A stretch of 64,000 nt of DNA from an uncultured Spirochaetota bacterium (GTDB lineage Bacteria; Spirochaetota; Brevinematia; Brevinematales; JAOACQ01). Position numbers and translations under genes: made by a program. The notes under the pieces are model-generated. The model did not search any database and was not told the origin of the DNA. It worked only from the letters and a program-made list of their open reading frames with translations. This document shows positions 39,399 through 50,020 of this stretch, piece by piece (within the stretch, counting starts at the first letter, position 1; each line of letters begins with the position of its first letter). The stretch spans positions 256,001 through 320,000 of the forward strand of contig CAWAOD010000005.1 of the NCBI GenBank assembly GCA_963783575.1, in the 5' to 3' direction.

Positions 39399-40316
39399 AT
39401 GAATATCCGGAAAGAAGATAAAAAGGTAAAAATTGAAAGATTCCTTGAAAAATATAAAAGCAACCGGAATAATTGTCTGATGTGTCCTCATGTTTGCGGA
39501 ATAGACAGGAATATGTCGAGGGGTAGGTGTAAAGAGCCTTATCTTCCAGGGGTTGCGAGTTTTAATCTCCATTATGGTGAAGAACCTCCAATATCGGGAG
39601 AAAACGGAAGCGGGACAATTTTCTTTTCAGGCTGTAATATGAACTGCATTTTTTGCCAGAATTTCCCGATCAGTCAGCTTCATCAAGCTAACAAATACTA
39701 TAATATAGAAAGTTTTGCCGATTTAATGCTCAATCTACAGTCAAGAAAAGCTCATAATATAAATTTTGTCACTCCAAGCCATTACATTTATCAGATTGTC
39801 GAATCATTGAAAATCGCAGTTGAAAAGGGATTAAATATACCAATTGTTTATAATTCCAGCGGTTATGATCTTCCCGGTATTATACGGGATCTTGACGGAA
39901 TAATTGATATATATTTACCGGATGCCAAGTATGTTTCAGAAAACATTTCTTATAAATATTCAGGAGTCAAGAATTATTTTGATATTAACAGGCAATGCCT
40001 GCTGGAAATTTACTCCCAGACCGATGGCGGCCTGGAATTGGACAATAATGGGATCGCCAAAAAGGGGATGATAATCCGGCATCTGGTTCTTCCAGATAAT
40101 ATTGAAAATTCAAAATCCGTGCTAAAATGGATCAGGAATAATCTCTCTTTTAAAGTTCATTTATCCATAATGGCTCAATATTTTCCGGCATATAAAGTTG
40201 GGCCTTCTTACTGCAGTGAAATCTACCGTAAGCTTAATCATGATGAATATGAAGAAATCTTAGATTATGCCGAAGAACTAGGTTTTGAAAATGCCTGGTT
40301 TCAGTATAGCGGCTAG
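39399..40316 (+). CDS. Radical SAM protein, PflX-like
   Basis: C.MCPHVCGIDR, HYGEEPPISG..GSGTIFFSGCNMNCIFCQN (CxxxCxxC), HNINFVTP, DIYLPD.KY, IRHLVLP. Confidence 0.9.
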   Translation: MNIRKEDKKVKIERFLEKYKSNRNNCLMCPHVCGIDRNMSRGRCKEPYLPGVASFNLHYGEEPPISGENGSGTIFFSGCNMNCIFCQNFPISQLHQANKYYNIESFADLMLNLQSRKAHNINFVTPSHYIYQIVESLKIAVEKGLNIPIVYNSSGYDLPGIIRDLDGIIDIYLPDAKYVSENISYKYSGVKNYFDINRQCLLEIYSQTDGGLELDNNGIAKKGMIIRHLVLPDNIENSKSVLKWIRNNLSFKVHLSIMAQYFPAYKVGPSYCSEIYRKLNHDEYEEILDYAEELGFENAWFQYSG

Positions 40317-40399
40317 CTATTAGTCACTAGTCGTTAGCATATCAATAAAATACAATTTCTTTAGAATGCTAAAAGCTAGTAACTAGAGACTAAAAGCTA
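40314..40399. repeat. Imperfect palindrome built of 7-bp units between convergent genes
   Basis: Left arm TAGCTAT TAGTCAC TAGTCGT TAGCAT; right arm ATGCTA AAAGCTA GTAACTA GAGACTA AAAGCTA. Confidence 0.65.
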
Positions 40400-40400
40400 T

Positions 40401-41354
40401 TTATGGTCCACCGACATTTGTTTCTGCAGTGTTTAATGAAGTGTTTTCTTTGCTTGCAATATTACCGTTTGATAAAATGCTATTATTAGTGTTTATAATT
40501 TTATGATATGAAATAAAATATTTTTTGGGCGATATTACAAGCGGCTCTCCGCTAAGTCCAAGAAATTTAGTAGGGATTGTTTCCATCCCAAGAAATGTCG
40601 GTTTATAAACCATAAAATGCAAATGAGGTCCGCTGGATCTGCCGGTACTTCCGCTGAAACCGATAATCTGGCCGGCTTTGACATTATCCCCGATATTAAC
40701 CATACTTCCATTTTTTAATAAATGAACATACTGCGCAAAAGTTCCGTCAATGTGATATATGGTTATGTAGTTTGCATAAGCCGCATAGCGCCTGCTAATT
40801 CCACCCTTGTTGGAATTGGTTTTAACATCAACAACCAATCCATCCCTTGCTGCACAAACCGGTGTTCCCGAATTCATGCCAAAATCAATGGAATACTTTG
40901 TCCATCCCCGGTGTGAATACCTTGTGTTATAGCCCTGATTAACCTTGTATTCCTCTCCTTCCTGATATGGAAACAAATACAGACAGCTATCATCATTGGA
41001 CACATTGGCGGGATCACCCATATAACTGTCAAACCCATATCTTAATAGGTTTGTCAAATTTGCTGATAATTTAATTGAAAAAAGAAAACAGCCTTTTTCT
41101 TCCGGTTTTAATATCGTATAAAAAGGCAGGTTCGTACTTGATCGTAGTTCGATATTAACATTTGTATATAATCTAACTCTAACCTTAATCTGGAATGGGC
41201 ACAGAGAAGCATTGTCAGCATAAAAGTCCATCTGATTTTTAATATTATTAATATAATATAATTTAATAAAATCCTGTGAATAACAAATGTAAGTTGTTAC
41301 TAATAATAAAAGGCTTATTGAAGGAACTTTGAATTTATTAATAAAATTTTTCAT
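40401..41354 (-). CDS. M23 family metallopeptidase
   Basis: H......IDF, GTPVCAARDG.V, YVHL, V..GQ.IG.SGSTG.SSGPHLHF. Confidence 0.9.
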   Translation of the reverse strand: MKNFINKFKVPSISLLLLVTTYICYSQDFIKLYYINNIKNQMDFYADNASLCPFQIKVRVRLYTNVNIELRSSTNLPFYTILKPEEKGCFLFSIKLSANLTNLLRYGFDSYMGDPANVSNDDSCLYLFPYQEGEEYKVNQGYNTRYSHRGWTKYSIDFGMNSGTPVCAARDGLVVDVKTNSNKGGISRRYAAYANYITIYHIDGTFAQYVHLLKNGSMVNIGDNVKAGQIIGFSGSTGRSSGPHLHFMVYKPTFLGMETIPTKFLGLSGEPLVISPKKYFISYHKIINTNNSILSNGNIASKENTSLNTAETNVGGP

Positions 41355-41768
41355 TGATTCATCCCTGATATTTCATTGACATCCTTTATACAATATTAAT
41401 TAAAAAATTATAACATTTGGTTTGTAAATTATAAACATAATTAAATTTTTGCATAAAATGCTAAAATTAATATCGGTGTAACTATTCTATATTATTAATT
41501 GAAAGCCAGCCATTACCTTACCGGTAAACTAACCGACTAAAGTCTGATTTATTCAGCTTATTATTTTAACATAAAAAAGCTATTAGTCAATACAACGGCT
41601 TGATTTTTTTTGATATTCTTAACTAATTGTAATATAATATATTTATAATTAAACAAGTTTAAAGTGCTAATTAACAAGTTGTTTTATGATTAGACAAAAA
41701 TAAACTTGGTTTAATATAAAAATCTCACAAATTAGATTGAAATCTAATAAATTCATAAAGGATATTTA

Positions 41769-42476
41769 ATGAAAAAAAAATCGATAATTTTACTTTCAGG
41801 CGGTTTGGATTCAGTTGTCAATTTTAAAAATGCATATGATAAAACTACTATTTCTCTTGTACTTACATTTGACTATGGGCAGAAGGCCGTAAAAAAAGAA
41901 ATTGAGGCTTCTGCAAGAATAGCAGAAAAGTTTAATATCCCGCATGAAGTAATTTCTCTGGATTTCATAAACAATATTGACTCGGGGCTGACAAAAGGAA
42001 ATATACCGGAATTTGATGGGAATAAATTGAATGATATGGATTATTCATTAAAATCTGCTAAAGCGGTATGGGTTCCTAACAGAAACGGAATAATGATCAA
42101 CATAGCCGGGGCGTATGCGGATCAATATATGATTGATTATATTATCACCGGGTTTAATAAAGAAGAAGGCGCTACTTTTCCTGACAATACGCAGGAATTT
42201 ATCGATAAAATAAATGATTCCCTGATATATTCAACATTGAATCATCCTGAAGTGCTGTCTTATACTATCAAAATGGATAAGACTGAAATTATGGACTTCG
42301 GGAATTCGATAAACGCGCCGTTCGAATATGTGTGGAGCTGCTATTACGGCGGTGATAAAATGTGCGGGATATGTGAATCCTGTCAAAGATTGATAAGAGC
42401 TTTGAAAAACAATCAATTGTTTGAAGTTTTTAATACAAAAAATAAATGGGGTATCAATGAATTATCAATGGATTGA
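41769..42476 (+). CDS. queC: 7-cyano-7-deazaguanine synthase
   Basis: SGGLDS, FDYGQ, WVPNRN, FPD, WSCY....CG.C.SC. Confidence 0.93.
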   Translation: MKKKSIILLSGGLDSVVNFKNAYDKTTISLVLTFDYGQKAVKKEIEASARIAEKFNIPHEVISLDFINNIDSGLTKGNIPEFDGNKLNDMDYSLKSAKAVWVPNRNGIMINIAGAYADQYMIDYIITGFNKEEGATFPDNTQEFIDKINDSLIYSTLNHPEVLSYTIKMDKTEIMDFGNSINAPFEYVWSCYYGGDKMCGICESCQRLIRALKNNQLFEVFNTKNKWGINELSMD

Positions 42477-43014
42477 TAAAGAAATAAAGTATGACGGTAC
42501 ACAGCTGACTTCGCATTTTGCTTACAAAAATTTTAAAATCCATGGCGATAGTATAATTGCTTTTGCAGGACCGGTTAATGTCAAATTGAGTGAAATGGTT
42601 GATATTGAAGACGTAATCAATAACGAACCGATTTCCTCCGATAAAATGCTAAGTTTTATTGTTGAAACATTTGATATAAACCTGAGCGGTGCAATCTGGA
42701 TGCAGAGATTCCTTACAGCTATTATTCAGGATGAAATGAATCATAGATTGAAAGGTATTTTTATTGAAAGAGACGGTGATGACCTTTATTATAATGATCG
42801 GAAATTATCGGTATCAATAGCGACTGTCAGCCCGGTTTCTGCGTTGATACACATGGCTCTTAATATAACCGGAATAGGGGCGCCGATTCCAATAGCCAGC
42901 CTTGAAGAAACACATATAAACTATATAGAACTCGCGAAGATAATTTTGAATCGGTTCTCTCAAGAATTTGAAGAAGTCGATTATGCGAGGAAAAAAGTTA
43001 ACTGGGTTAAATAA
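42457..43014 (+). CDS. DUF366 family protein
   Basis: YDG.QL..HFAY....GDSI.AF.GP..V...MVD.ED, Q R, R.GDDLY...KLSVSIAT; start overlaps the queC end. Confidence 0.8.
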   Translation: MNYQWIDKEIKYDGTQLTSHFAYKNFKIHGDSIIAFAGPVNVKLSEMVDIEDVINNEPISSDKMLSFIVETFDINLSGAIWMQRFLTAIIQDEMNHRLKGIFIERDGDDLYYNDRKLSVSIATVSPVSALIHMALNITGIGAPIPIASLEETHINYIELAKIILNRFSQEFEEVDYARKKVNWVK

Positions 43015-43024
43015 TAACTTATAA

Positions 43025-44401
43025 TCAAAGTTTAATTCCTGCACCAATACCATAAGAAAAACCGACTTTATTATTAAGAAAATACATATAACCTGTCGGT
43101 TTTATCATTATAAACTTCCATTCAATAGACAGGAATAATCCGGCATTCATCTGGTAATTTTGTACATCCGGATAATTTGATTTTAACACATCATCCGGAT
43201 ATATGATATTAACTTTAGCATCGAGACCTATTCCCAGCCTGAAATCATAATTCATATCGCCAAGCAAATAGTAACCGGTTTCAATAAACGGCGAAATAAA
43301 GTAAAGATTGTCATTTTTTAAGCTTACATAAGAAGCGCCGGAACCGGCGCCAAACCAGAAGTACCTGCCTAGGAATACATCCAGTCCGAATGCTGCCATA
43401 CTATTATCAAGGGAATAAAGCTTTGCATGAAATAGTCCGGGGCTTTTTTCTCCGGGACTATAACTTTTTGTTTCTCCGTCATGGAGATAAAAAGAGTTTT
43501 TATAAACTTCATTTGAATGATTATCAACAACCCTTAGCGTATGATTTATTCCGGCCTGGACATTGGTAAGAATTCCTCTTTCTTTGACAATTATATCATC
43601 CACATAGATTGAATATGTTTTCCATCTGTCCTTCAAGCTTAAAGTATTGATCTTCACTGATCCAACGGCATTATGGCTGATATTAATTGTTTTATACTTT
43701 TTCAGGGTTACTTCAGCTTCCAGAGCATTTGTTTTATTCCATAGACTTTTTAAAGCGACACGGTAAACCGTATCGGGAAGTACCTTCAAATTGTAAGTAA
43801 AATCAGAATTGGTTACTTTAGCCATTATTTTATCATTAATATATAGATCGTAAATCTCAGATCCTGTCCTAAAATCACCGAAAGTGATAGTTGATATATT
43901 TACTTCAATATTTAATGTGGTTTTCACAACATCGGCTATCATTTCATCGATCGTATCAAAAATATCAACACCCGTTGATGTCTTGTAACTTTTACTAAAA
44001 ACGTTCGTGAGTTTATCTCTTGTCCAGGCTTTTAAGTCAGCCGTAACAACCGGATTATTTTTGTTTCCATCGAATTTATAACTTCCATAAATAATAATAT
44101 CCGCATCTTCATTGGTAGCTATATCAATAACATTAGAAATGTCTACCGTTATATTTGTCAATATTCCCTCTTCGGGAACATTAATCGATGGAATGAATCC
44201 GATAAATGTATAAAAGGAACGAAATAAAATGGATTTTATAATTTCACTGTTAACAAAATAGTTTGTATCAACGTTATTTTCAAATGGGATAATCAGCAGT
44301 TTACCCTTTTTCGAGGGGCCTTCGGTTTTAATTGTAATTTCATCAGCAAATGCAGTGATAGAGAAAATTAATAAAAAAAATGTAATTGCATACCATTTCA
44401 T
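43025..44401 (-). CDS. Exported hypothetical protein (N-terminal TolB-N/FlgO-like alpha/beta region, possible C-terminal beta-barrel)
   Basis: Signal peptide; LLIIPFEN...ADIIIYGSY; alternating aromatic/Gly C-terminus ending GIGAGIKL. Confidence 0.6.
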   Translation of the reverse strand: MKWYAITFFLLIFSITAFADEITIKTEGPSKKGKLLIIPFENNVDTNYFVNSEIIKSILFRSFYTFIGFIPSINVPEEGILTNITVDISNVIDIATNEDADIIIYGSYKFDGNKNNPVVTADLKAWTRDKLTNVFSKSYKTSTGVDIFDTIDEMIADVVKTTLNIEVNISTITFGDFRTGSEIYDLYINDKIMAKVTNSDFTYNLKVLPDTVYRVALKSLWNKTNALEAEVTLKKYKTINISHNAVGSVKINTLSLKDRWKTYSIYVDDIIVKERGILTNVQAGINHTLRVVDNHSNEVYKNSFYLHDGETKSYSPGEKSPGLFHAKLYSLDNSMAAFGLDVFLGRYFWFGAGSGASYVSLKNDNLYFISPFIETGYYLLGDMNYDFRLGIGLDAKVNIIYPDDVLKSNYPDVQNYQMNAGLFLSIEWKFIMIKPTGYMYFLNNKVGFSYGIGAGIKL

Positions 44402-44566
44402 TATTTACCTCCTTTCCCCCAAAAAATGATTGTTGATATTTTGGAAATTTTCCAAAAAAAACATTTGTTATATTATATCTATTTTCAAAAAAAGTAAAGC
44501 AATTATAAATTCTTTCACATTTCCAACATAATTTAATAGGCGTGCTGCTTGGTTGAATTCAAATAA

Positions 44567-44616
44567 TTGACAGGATTATAATTTCTGTTATAATATTTTC
44601 TGACTTAGGAGTCGGA
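44567..44616 (+). promoter_or_regulatory. Sigma70-type promoter and putative TetR operator
   Basis: TTGACA 44567-44572, 16 bp, TG-n-TATAAT 44586-44594; palindrome TCTGACT-TAGG-AGTCGGA 44599-44616. Confidence 0.6.
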
Positions 44617-44662
44617 TTTATTATTGTTTGTTGATTACATTTAATTTGGAGGCAATTCCGGT

Positions 44663-45286
44663 ATGAAGGCTACATTTAACCGGTTACCGGAGGAAAAAAA
44701 ACAGAGGATCATTGAGGCTTGTATAGACGAATTTGGTGAATATGGATATGACAAAGGATCAACTGACCGCATTATAAAAAGATGCGGAATATCCAAAGGA
44801 GGTCTATACGAATATATCAATTCAAAAGAAGATCTATATTTGTTTATTGTCGAATTTTGTTACACACAGTTATATAACTATCTCAACAATCATATGAAAA
44901 AAATCGGGATAAATTTTCCTGAAGATATTTTAGCAAGATTCCAGTTAGCTTCCAGTGTTGCAATAGATTATTACTTAAACCATCCGAAAGTTATTGAATT
45001 TATCGTTAAATCAAATAGTATTACAGATAAGAATCTAAGAAATAAAGTACAGAATATTTTTATGAAGCATTTTAACTTTCTTTTTGGCGATATAATTACT
45101 CAAAATTTAAGGTTTGATAAGAACAGGATTCTTGATTTATTGCAATGGCTGTTATTAAAAACCAGGAATGACTTTTTAACAGAGATCAGCAATGATAAAA
45201 ATGTTGATGCGGTAAAAAAAGCATATTTTAATGATTGGGATTTTTTTGTTGAAATATTGAAGGAAGGAATTTATAAGAAGAAATAA
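44663..45286 (+). CDS. TetR/AcrR family transcriptional regulator
   Basis: F..LPEEKK.RII.A...EF...GY...ST..I....GISKG.LY.Y..SKEDLY helix-turn-helix. Confidence 0.92.
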   Translation: MKATFNRLPEEKKQRIIEACIDEFGEYGYDKGSTDRIIKRCGISKGGLYEYINSKEDLYLFIVEFCYTQLYNYLNNHMKKIGINFPEDILARFQLASSVAIDYYLNHPKVIEFIVKSNSITDKNLRNKVQNIFMKHFNFLFGDIITQNLRFDKNRILDLLQWLLLKTRNDFLTEISNDKNVDAVKKAYFNDWDFFVEILKEGIYKKK

Positions 45287-45376
45287 AACTTCTTAATTAG
45301 TATAATTCGAATTGATATACGGCGGAGGGGCGATAATATTGATGGATTTTCTCCGTCAAATTTTTAAACAGGAGTG

Positions 45377-46657
45377 TTAATTAATACTCCTGTTTTTTAT
45401 TACCTCTGAAACATTTTCATTAAATTCTTTCCAGATTATATCTTTTAATCTCAGCACCAAACCTGAGATAATTTCACTCATATCATTCTCAATAACGTTC
45501 AATTTCAGAAGCCCGGAAATCAGTTCATTAACATTTTGGTTAGATGGTTCATTGTATGGTATAAACCCTCTTTTTCCATGGTATATAATAAGCTGATTCG
45601 TAATCAAATCCGATGTTATTTTTTCCAGATATGGATTATCAAAATAATTGAAATGAGTATTTAGAACATTAATATTTATTTTTTGATTTTTATAATATTT
45701 ATCAATGATAAAAAAAAATACTTCTATTTCATCAATAAAATAAGCATTACTAAGGGCAATCTTATCATTTAATTTTTTTGGATATTGTATAAAGTAAGCA
45801 ATTTCTGCTCCTATCAGAAATATTACCCAGATCAAGTACAGCCAACCAAAGAATATAGGTATGACAGCAAGCGAACCGTAAATTTTATAGTATCCGAGGT
45901 GATTAATATAAGATGCGAAGATATTCTTCAAAATTTCATAAAATAAACCGGTAAATAAAGCGCCTACAAAAGCAGCTCTGATTCTAACCCTGGAACCTGT
46001 CATATTATAATACATGATAAATATCAAAATAGAACTCATAACAAATGAAAAAATCAAAGTTAAAAATGGATAAAAAATATTATGGCTTTCCCTTGCAGGA
46101 ACAAATATCAATATATGTGAGATGTAAAATGATGAACCCAGCAGGACTGGACCAAGAGTTAGAACAGCCCAATATATGACTATACCGATGATCAGGTTAT
46201 TTTTATTTTTAATATTCCATATTTTATGCAGATTATTCTCTACCGTAATCATCAAGAAAACGCCGGTTAAAAGAAAAGTAACAATACTGACCGCATTGAG
46301 AGATGTTATTTTTTTAGAGAAATCCTCAATATAGTTTTGAATAACTGCAGCTTGAGTAGGAATAAAAAATTGGAATAAGAACCGTTTGACCCAATTTTGA
46401 ACTCCGGAAAATACTGAAAGATTTGTAAGTACAGATAAAGCCAGCGTAAAAATAGGCACCATGGAAATCAGTGTTGTGAAAGTCAGGGAAGCAGCCATTT
46501 GAAAGCAAGAATCTCCGGTAAATTTACCACAAAAGACAGACAATACATTGATTATCCGGCTGAATAATGTTTCTTTAAAAGTTTCATCGGTTAAAAGTCC
46601 TGCCGATTTCGGATTGTTTTTAATGTCGTCGCTCAAATCGTCATCTGATTTATTCAA
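45377..46657 (-). CDS. YihY/virulence factor BrkB family inner-membrane protein
   Basis: AASLTFTTLISMVP, YWAVLTLGP, Y..IYGSLA.IP.F..W.Y..W.I.L.GAE. Confidence 0.9.
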   Translation of the reverse strand: MNKSDDDLSDDIKNNPKSAGLLTDETFKETLFSRIINVLSVFCGKFTGDSCFQMAASLTFTTLISMVPIFTLALSVLTNLSVFSGVQNWVKRFLFQFFIPTQAAVIQNYIEDFSKKITSLNAVSIVTFLLTGVFLMITVENNLHKIWNIKNKNNLIIGIVIYWAVLTLGPVLLGSSFYISHILIFVPARESHNIFYPFLTLIFSFVMSSILIFIMYYNMTGSRVRIRAAFVGALFTGLFYEILKNIFASYINHLGYYKIYGSLAVIPIFFGWLYLIWVIFLIGAEIAYFIQYPKKLNDKIALSNAYFIDEIEVFFFIIDKYYKNQKININVLNTHFNYFDNPYLEKITSDLITNQLIIYHGKRGFIPYNEPSNQNVNELISGLLKLNVIENDMSEIISGLVLRLKDIIWKEFNENVSEVIKNRSIN

Positions 46658-46666
46658 TTTTTCCTC

Positions 46667-47146
46667 CTAATAAGATTCAGGCTCTTCAAAACCATTGAAA
46701 TTCTTTAAAACCTTTTCAGCTGTTTTATAAGAAAAGCCGCGTCTTAATAAAGCATTTATTATTTTCTTCGAATCTTCCCTTAAAAATCCTTGCTTATACT
46801 TTCTCTTCAGGAATTTTTCTGCCAAAAGCGATTCTTCATAAACAGAAAATATATTCTCAATAATCTCATCAATTATTGTATTGTCAATCCCTTTTTGTTT
46901 AAGCTCGCTTTTTATTCTGTTTCTACCTATATTCTTCGATAAAGCCCTTTCCTCAGCCCATAATTTTGCGAATTTTTCATCATCCAATATGCCGTCATTT
47001 TTTAACTGGCCTATTATTTCTTCAGCATTATCAATTGAAAACCCCTTCATTTTAAGTTTATCGAAAACTTCTTTTTCACTTCTTGGCCTGTATTGTATAT
47101 ATCGGATCGCATAATTTTTTGCTTTTTCAATTTCTTCCTTGGTCAT
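46667..47146 (-). CDS. recX: Regulatory protein RecX
   Basis: A.RY...R.RSE.E...KL, LDD..FA, G..RI..EL.QKGI, L.RRGF. Confidence 0.9.
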   Translation of the reverse strand: MTKEEIEKAKNYAIRYIQYRPRSEKEVFDKLKMKGFSIDNAEEIIGQLKNDGILDDEKFAKLWAEERALSKNIGRNRIKSELKQKGIDNTIIDEIIENIFSVYEESLLAEKFLKRKYKQGFLREDSKKIINALLRRGFSYKTAEKVLKNFNGFEEPESY

Positions 47147-47302
47147 ATCATAAACTCCTTTTATTCAATCAGAGAAATTTTTATTATTATGATATAATGA
47201 TACAATATATGATATTCTTTTTAGTGACAATTTGTCAAACTTGAGTACGGATATAATTTGAGTCAAAATGATTCATATGCATCATAAAGATACAATTTAA
47301 AC

Positions 47303-47331
47303 TTGACATTGTTTTAAGTTCTGGTTATATT
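47303..47331 (+). promoter_or_regulatory. Sigma70-type promoter of clpB
   Basis: TTGACA 47303-47308, 17-bp spacer, TATATT 47326-47331. Confidence 0.6.
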
Positions 47332-47361
47332 TTTATTTAATTAATCCATAAGGAGTCTTTT

Positions 47362-49956
47362 ATGAATCTCAACAAACTTACTGTAAAAGCCAGGGAAGTT
47401 CTTGAAAAAGCTAATGAAATGGCCAATTCCATCAATCATCAGACCGTTGATGTGGAACATCTTTTATTAAGCCTTATAGAGCAGGATGACGGCCTTGTCA
47501 AACCGATTTTACAAAACATAGAAATCAATATATCACGGCTTACAGAGTTATTGAAAGAAAGACTTGATAAAAAGCCGAAGATTTTTGGAGTAGGGCAGAC
47601 TTATCTTTCAAAAGAATTTAATGAGGCCCTTGATAACGCATCTAAAGAAGCTGGACGTTTGAGGGACGAATATATAAGTACCGAGCATCTTCTCCTGGGT
47701 ATTTTGAATGTGAACGAATCCGGATTGCAGGATATATTCCACCAAACAGGTCTTAATTATGACAGTATTTTGATTGCAATAAAAAACCTTAGAGGAAGCC
47801 AGCGTGTTACTGATGAAAGCCCTGAAGCTAAATATAAAGCTCTTGAAAAATACAGCAGGGATTTGACCGAGATGGCAAGGCAGGGTAAGCTTGATCCTGT
47901 AATAGGAAGGGATGCTGAAATTCGCCGTTCGATGCAGGTTCTATCCAGAAAAAACAAGAATAATCCGGTACTGATCGGCGAAGCGGGAGTAGGTAAAACA
48001 GCAATTGTGGAAGGAATAGCAAGGCGGATTGTATCCGGCGACGTTCCTGAAAGCCTTAAAAATAAAAGAATAGTTGCGCTTGATCTCGGGCTTATGATTG
48101 CGGGAACAAAATTCAGGGGTGAATTCGAAGAAAGACTGAAAGCCCTGCTGAAAGAAGTAACCGATTCAAATGGCGAAGTTATCATTTTTGTTGATGAACT
48201 CCATACAGTAGTCGGGGCGGGCAATGCAGAAGGCGCTGTAGATGCCGGCAATATGCTGAAACCGGCTCTGGCAAGGGGCGAGATAAAAATGATCGGAGCA
48301 ACGACAATCGATGAATACAGAAGATATATTGAAAAAGATAAAGCACTTGAAAGGCGGTTCCTACCTGTTCTGGTAAATGAACCCTCTATTGAAGACACTA
48401 TATCCATCCTGCGAGGATTGAAAGAAAAATACGAAGCTCATCATGGAATAAAGATTTCAGATTCCGCTTTGATTTCAGCTACAAACCTCTCAGTCCGTTA
48501 TATAACCGAAAGGCGGCTACCGGATAAAGCCATTGACCTTGTTGATGAGGCTGCGTCTAAAATTAGGCTTGAAATAGAGAGCCAGCCTCAGCAGATTGAT
48601 GATCTGGATAGGAAAATTATGCGCCTGACTATAGAAAAACAGGCATTATCTAAAGAAAAAACAGCCGATTCTCAAGAAAGAACGGAGCTTATAAATAAAG
48701 ATTTATCCGAACTTCAGGAAAAAGCAAATGGGTTGAAGGCGAAATGGAAGAATGAAAAGGACGTCATTAAAAGGATAAAAGAAATAACGCAGGATACTGA
48801 TAATCTTCATCAGCAGGAAGAATTGGCCGAAAGAAACGGCGATTTGAACAAGGTCGCTGAAATAAGATACGGTTTGATTCCTAAAAATGAAAAAGAATTT
48901 AAAGAACTGCAGATAAAACTAAGGGAACTTCAGGGAGACAGCCCGTTATTGAGGGAAGAAATTACGGATGAGGATATCGCAAGGATTGTATCGGAATGGA
49001 CCGGAATTCCGGTTTCAAGAATGCTTGAGACTGAAAAGCAGAAGCTGGTTCACCTTGAGGAGGAATTGCGAAAGCGCGTTGTCGGACAGGAAAGGGCAAT
49101 TAATGCTGTTTCCAATGCAGTAAGACGTTCCAGGGCAGGTATTCAGGAAGAAAACAAACCTTTAGGAAGTTTTATGTTCCTTGGGCCGACAGGTGTGGGA
49201 AAAACCGAACTTTCAAAAGCCCTTGCTGAGTTCCTTTTTGATTCCGAGAAGGCCTTGATAAGAATGGACATGAGTGAATACATGGAAAAATTCAGCGTTC
49301 AAAGATTGATCGGCGCGCCTCCCGGATATGTAGGATATGAAGAGGGAGGGCAATTGACTGAGATTGTCCGCAGGAAGCCTTATTCCGTTATACTTTTCGA
49401 TGAAATTGAGAAAGCGCATCCCGATGTATTCAATATCTTACTGCAAATCATGGACGATGGAAGGTTGACTGACGGCCAGGGAAGAACCGTGAATTTTACA
49501 AATACGATCATCATTATGACATCAAACATCGGTTCGAATGAAATACAGATCCGTGGCTTTTCCAAAGAGGAAAAGTATGGAAAAGTGGAAGATGAGATAA
49601 TGGGTATTTTAAGATCTCATTTCAGGCCTGAGTTTCTTAACCGTGTCGATGAGATTATTACTTTCGGAAGTTTAACTGAAGAGAATATATTAAAGATTGT
49701 CGATATACAGCTTGAATCAGTAAAAAAGAGGCTTGAAGATAAAAAAATTCTTCTTAAAGTCAGCATTGCCGCTAAAAAGTTCCTCGCATCAACAGGATAT
49801 GATCATACATATGGAGCGAGGCCGCTTAAACGTGTAATACAAAGGGAGATATTGGATCAACTGGCCGTTGAAATGCTTTCCGGAAGGTTCTATGAAGGCA
49901 GTACTATACTGATTGATGAAAAAGATGGAAAAATAGTTTTCAAATTGGATAAATAA
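47362..49956 (+). CDS. clpB: ATP-dependent chaperone ClpB
   Basis: Two AAA+ modules ([16 protein letters not shown]), long coiled-coil middle domain, GARPL; 864 aa. Confidence 0.97.
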   Translation: MNLNKLTVKAREVLEKANEMANSINHQTVDVEHLLLSLIEQDDGLVKPILQNIEINISRLTELLKERLDKKPKIFGVGQTYLSKEFNEALDNASKEAGRLRDEYISTEHLLLGILNVNESGLQDIFHQTGLNYDSILIAIKNLRGSQRVTDESPEAKYKALEKYSRDLTEMARQGKLDPVIGRDAEIRRSMQVLSRKNKNNPVLIGEAGVGKTAIVEGIARRIVSGDVPESLKNKRIVALDLGLMIAGTKFRGEFEERLKALLKEVTDSNGEVIIFVDELHTVVGAGNAEGAVDAGNMLKPALARGEIKMIGATTIDEYRRYIEKDKALERRFLPVLVNEPSIEDTISILRGLKEKYEAHHGIKISDSALISATNLSVRYITERRLPDKAIDLVDEAASKIRLEIESQPQQIDDLDRKIMRLTIEKQALSKEKTADSQERTELINKDLSELQEKANGLKAKWKNEKDVIKRIKEITQDTDNLHQQEELAERNGDLNKVAEIRYGLIPKNEKEFKELQIKLRELQGDSPLLREEITDEDIARIVSEWTGIPVSRMLETEKQKLVHLEEELRKRVVGQERAINAVSNAVRRSRAGIQEENKPLGSFMFLGPTGVGKTELSKALAEFLFDSEKALIRMDMSEYMEKFSVQRLIGAPPGYVGYEEGGQLTEIVRRKPYSVILFDEIEKAHPDVFNILLQIMDDGRLTDGQGRTVNFTNTIIIMTSNIGSNEIQIRGFSKEEKYGKVEDEIMGILRSHFRPEFLNRVDEIITFGSLTEENILKIVDIQLESVKKRLEDKKILLKVSIAAKKFLASTGYDHTYGARPLKRVIQREILDQLAVEMLSGRFYEGSTILIDEKDGKIVFKLDK

Positions 49957-49979
49957 CTTTGTTTAGGATAATATCAAAT

Positions 49980-50020
49980 AATTCGCCGTAATTAACAATT
50001 GTCATTACGGCGAATTTTAT
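49980..50020. terminator. Intrinsic (probably bidirectional) terminator
   Basis: AATTCGCCGTAAT (49980-49992) and ATTACGGCGAATT (50004-50016) form a perfect 13-bp stem between convergent genes. Confidence 0.8.

Noticed and set aside
41355..41768. preQ1 riboswitch upstream of queC
   Set aside because: No recognisable preQ1-I stem plus A-rich pseudoknot tail; the region is just AT-rich. An Rfam scan would settle it.
47757..48407. 216-aa antisense ORF within clpB, and other short antisense/overlapping ORFs in the track
   Set aside because: Shadow frames of conserved genes with no RBS or recognisable motifs.
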